From assembly GCA_017386165.1 (NCBI GenBank), contig JAFNQK010000122.1, forward strand, positions 1 to 56,932: 56,932 nucleotides of DNA. The letters run 5' to 3'. The stretch is from Treponema sp. GTDB taxonomy: Bacteria > Spirochaetota > Spirochaetia > Treponematales > Treponemataceae. A program made the position numbers and the translations under genes. Positions 56,534 through 56,932 of this stretch are shown one piece after another. Below the pieces are notes generated by a model. That model was not told the DNA's origin. It saw only the letters and a program-made list of their open reading frames with translations, and did not search any database. Position 1 is the first letter of the stretch, and the number at the start of each line of letters is the position of its first letter.

Positions 56534-56932
56534 TTATTCAGCTTTGTTTGCTTTTTCACCAGATTCCTGCTGTGCTTTTACAATCTTTTCGATGATTGTT
56601 CTGTTGTCCAAAAGATCTCCGATTGACTGATTGTGGTGAATGCGTGTGATAACGTTTGCAAACAAACCAGATACATCTGTTGAAATGTACCATTCTTTTT
56701 TAAGAAGTTCTTCGTGGTAAACAGCGTTTGTACCGATTACGCGATAGAATAATCCCTGTTTGTAAGCTTCATCGAACAATTCAATTGCATTACCTGTAAA
56801 GAATGGAAGACTGATTGCAGCGATAACCTTTGTCGCACCGTTGTCTTTCAAGAAAGACATAGCTTTAAGAAGAGTACCACCAGTTCCGAGCATATCGTCT
56901 GCAAGGAAAGCAACTTTGCCTTTTACATCACC
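56534..56932 (-). CDS. prs: Ribose-phosphate pyrophosphokinase, C-terminal part; runs off the window edge
   Basis: GDVKGKVAFLADDMLGTGGTL PRPP-binding loop; GATKV, GTNAV. Confidence 0.88.
   Translation of the reverse strand, partial: GDVKGKVAFLADDMLGTGGTLLKAMSFLKDNGATKVIAAISLPFFTGNAIELFDEAYKQGLFYRVIGTNAVYHEELLKKEWYISTDVSGLFANVITRIHHNQSIGDLLDNRTIIEKIVKAQQESGEKANKAE

Overview
Low-GC chromosomal segment of a spirochete, most likely a free-living gut or rumen Treponema. This is inferred from the ECF sigma-cysS / murB-cNMP protein-DUF192-PilZ block, which from memory is conserved in Treponema, and from the archaeal-type UMP kinase. It holds about 45 CDS. Housekeeping genes are pckG, rpmB, uvrB, pyrH, cysS, murB, panC, ilvB, adk, rarA, gltA, rsuA, fhs and prs, plus one tRNA-Arg(CCT). 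Accessory content includes a c-di-GMP set (3 GGDEF, 1 HD-GYP, 1 PilZ), an MCP, GH13 and GH3 glycosidases and a gpx-trxB-ohrR operon. I saw no CRISPR array, transposase, integrase, prophage or defence island. The main unannotated signals are: (i) pervasive leaderless sigma70 promoters; (ii) an 18-aa leaderless Ile/Leu/Val/Thr-rich attenuator peptide before ilvB; (iii) REP/MITE-like hairpins, one filling the cysS 5' UTR; (iv) two divergent promoters sharing one palindromic -35; (v) unusual architectures, namely a possible carbohydrate-binding module plus PTP phosphatase, an FGGY-HAD fusion, a Cys-less transglutaminase in an ECF operon, and an orphan sugar-binding lipoprotein paired with a diguanylate cyclase. 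All calls come from motif recognition by eye; no searches were run.
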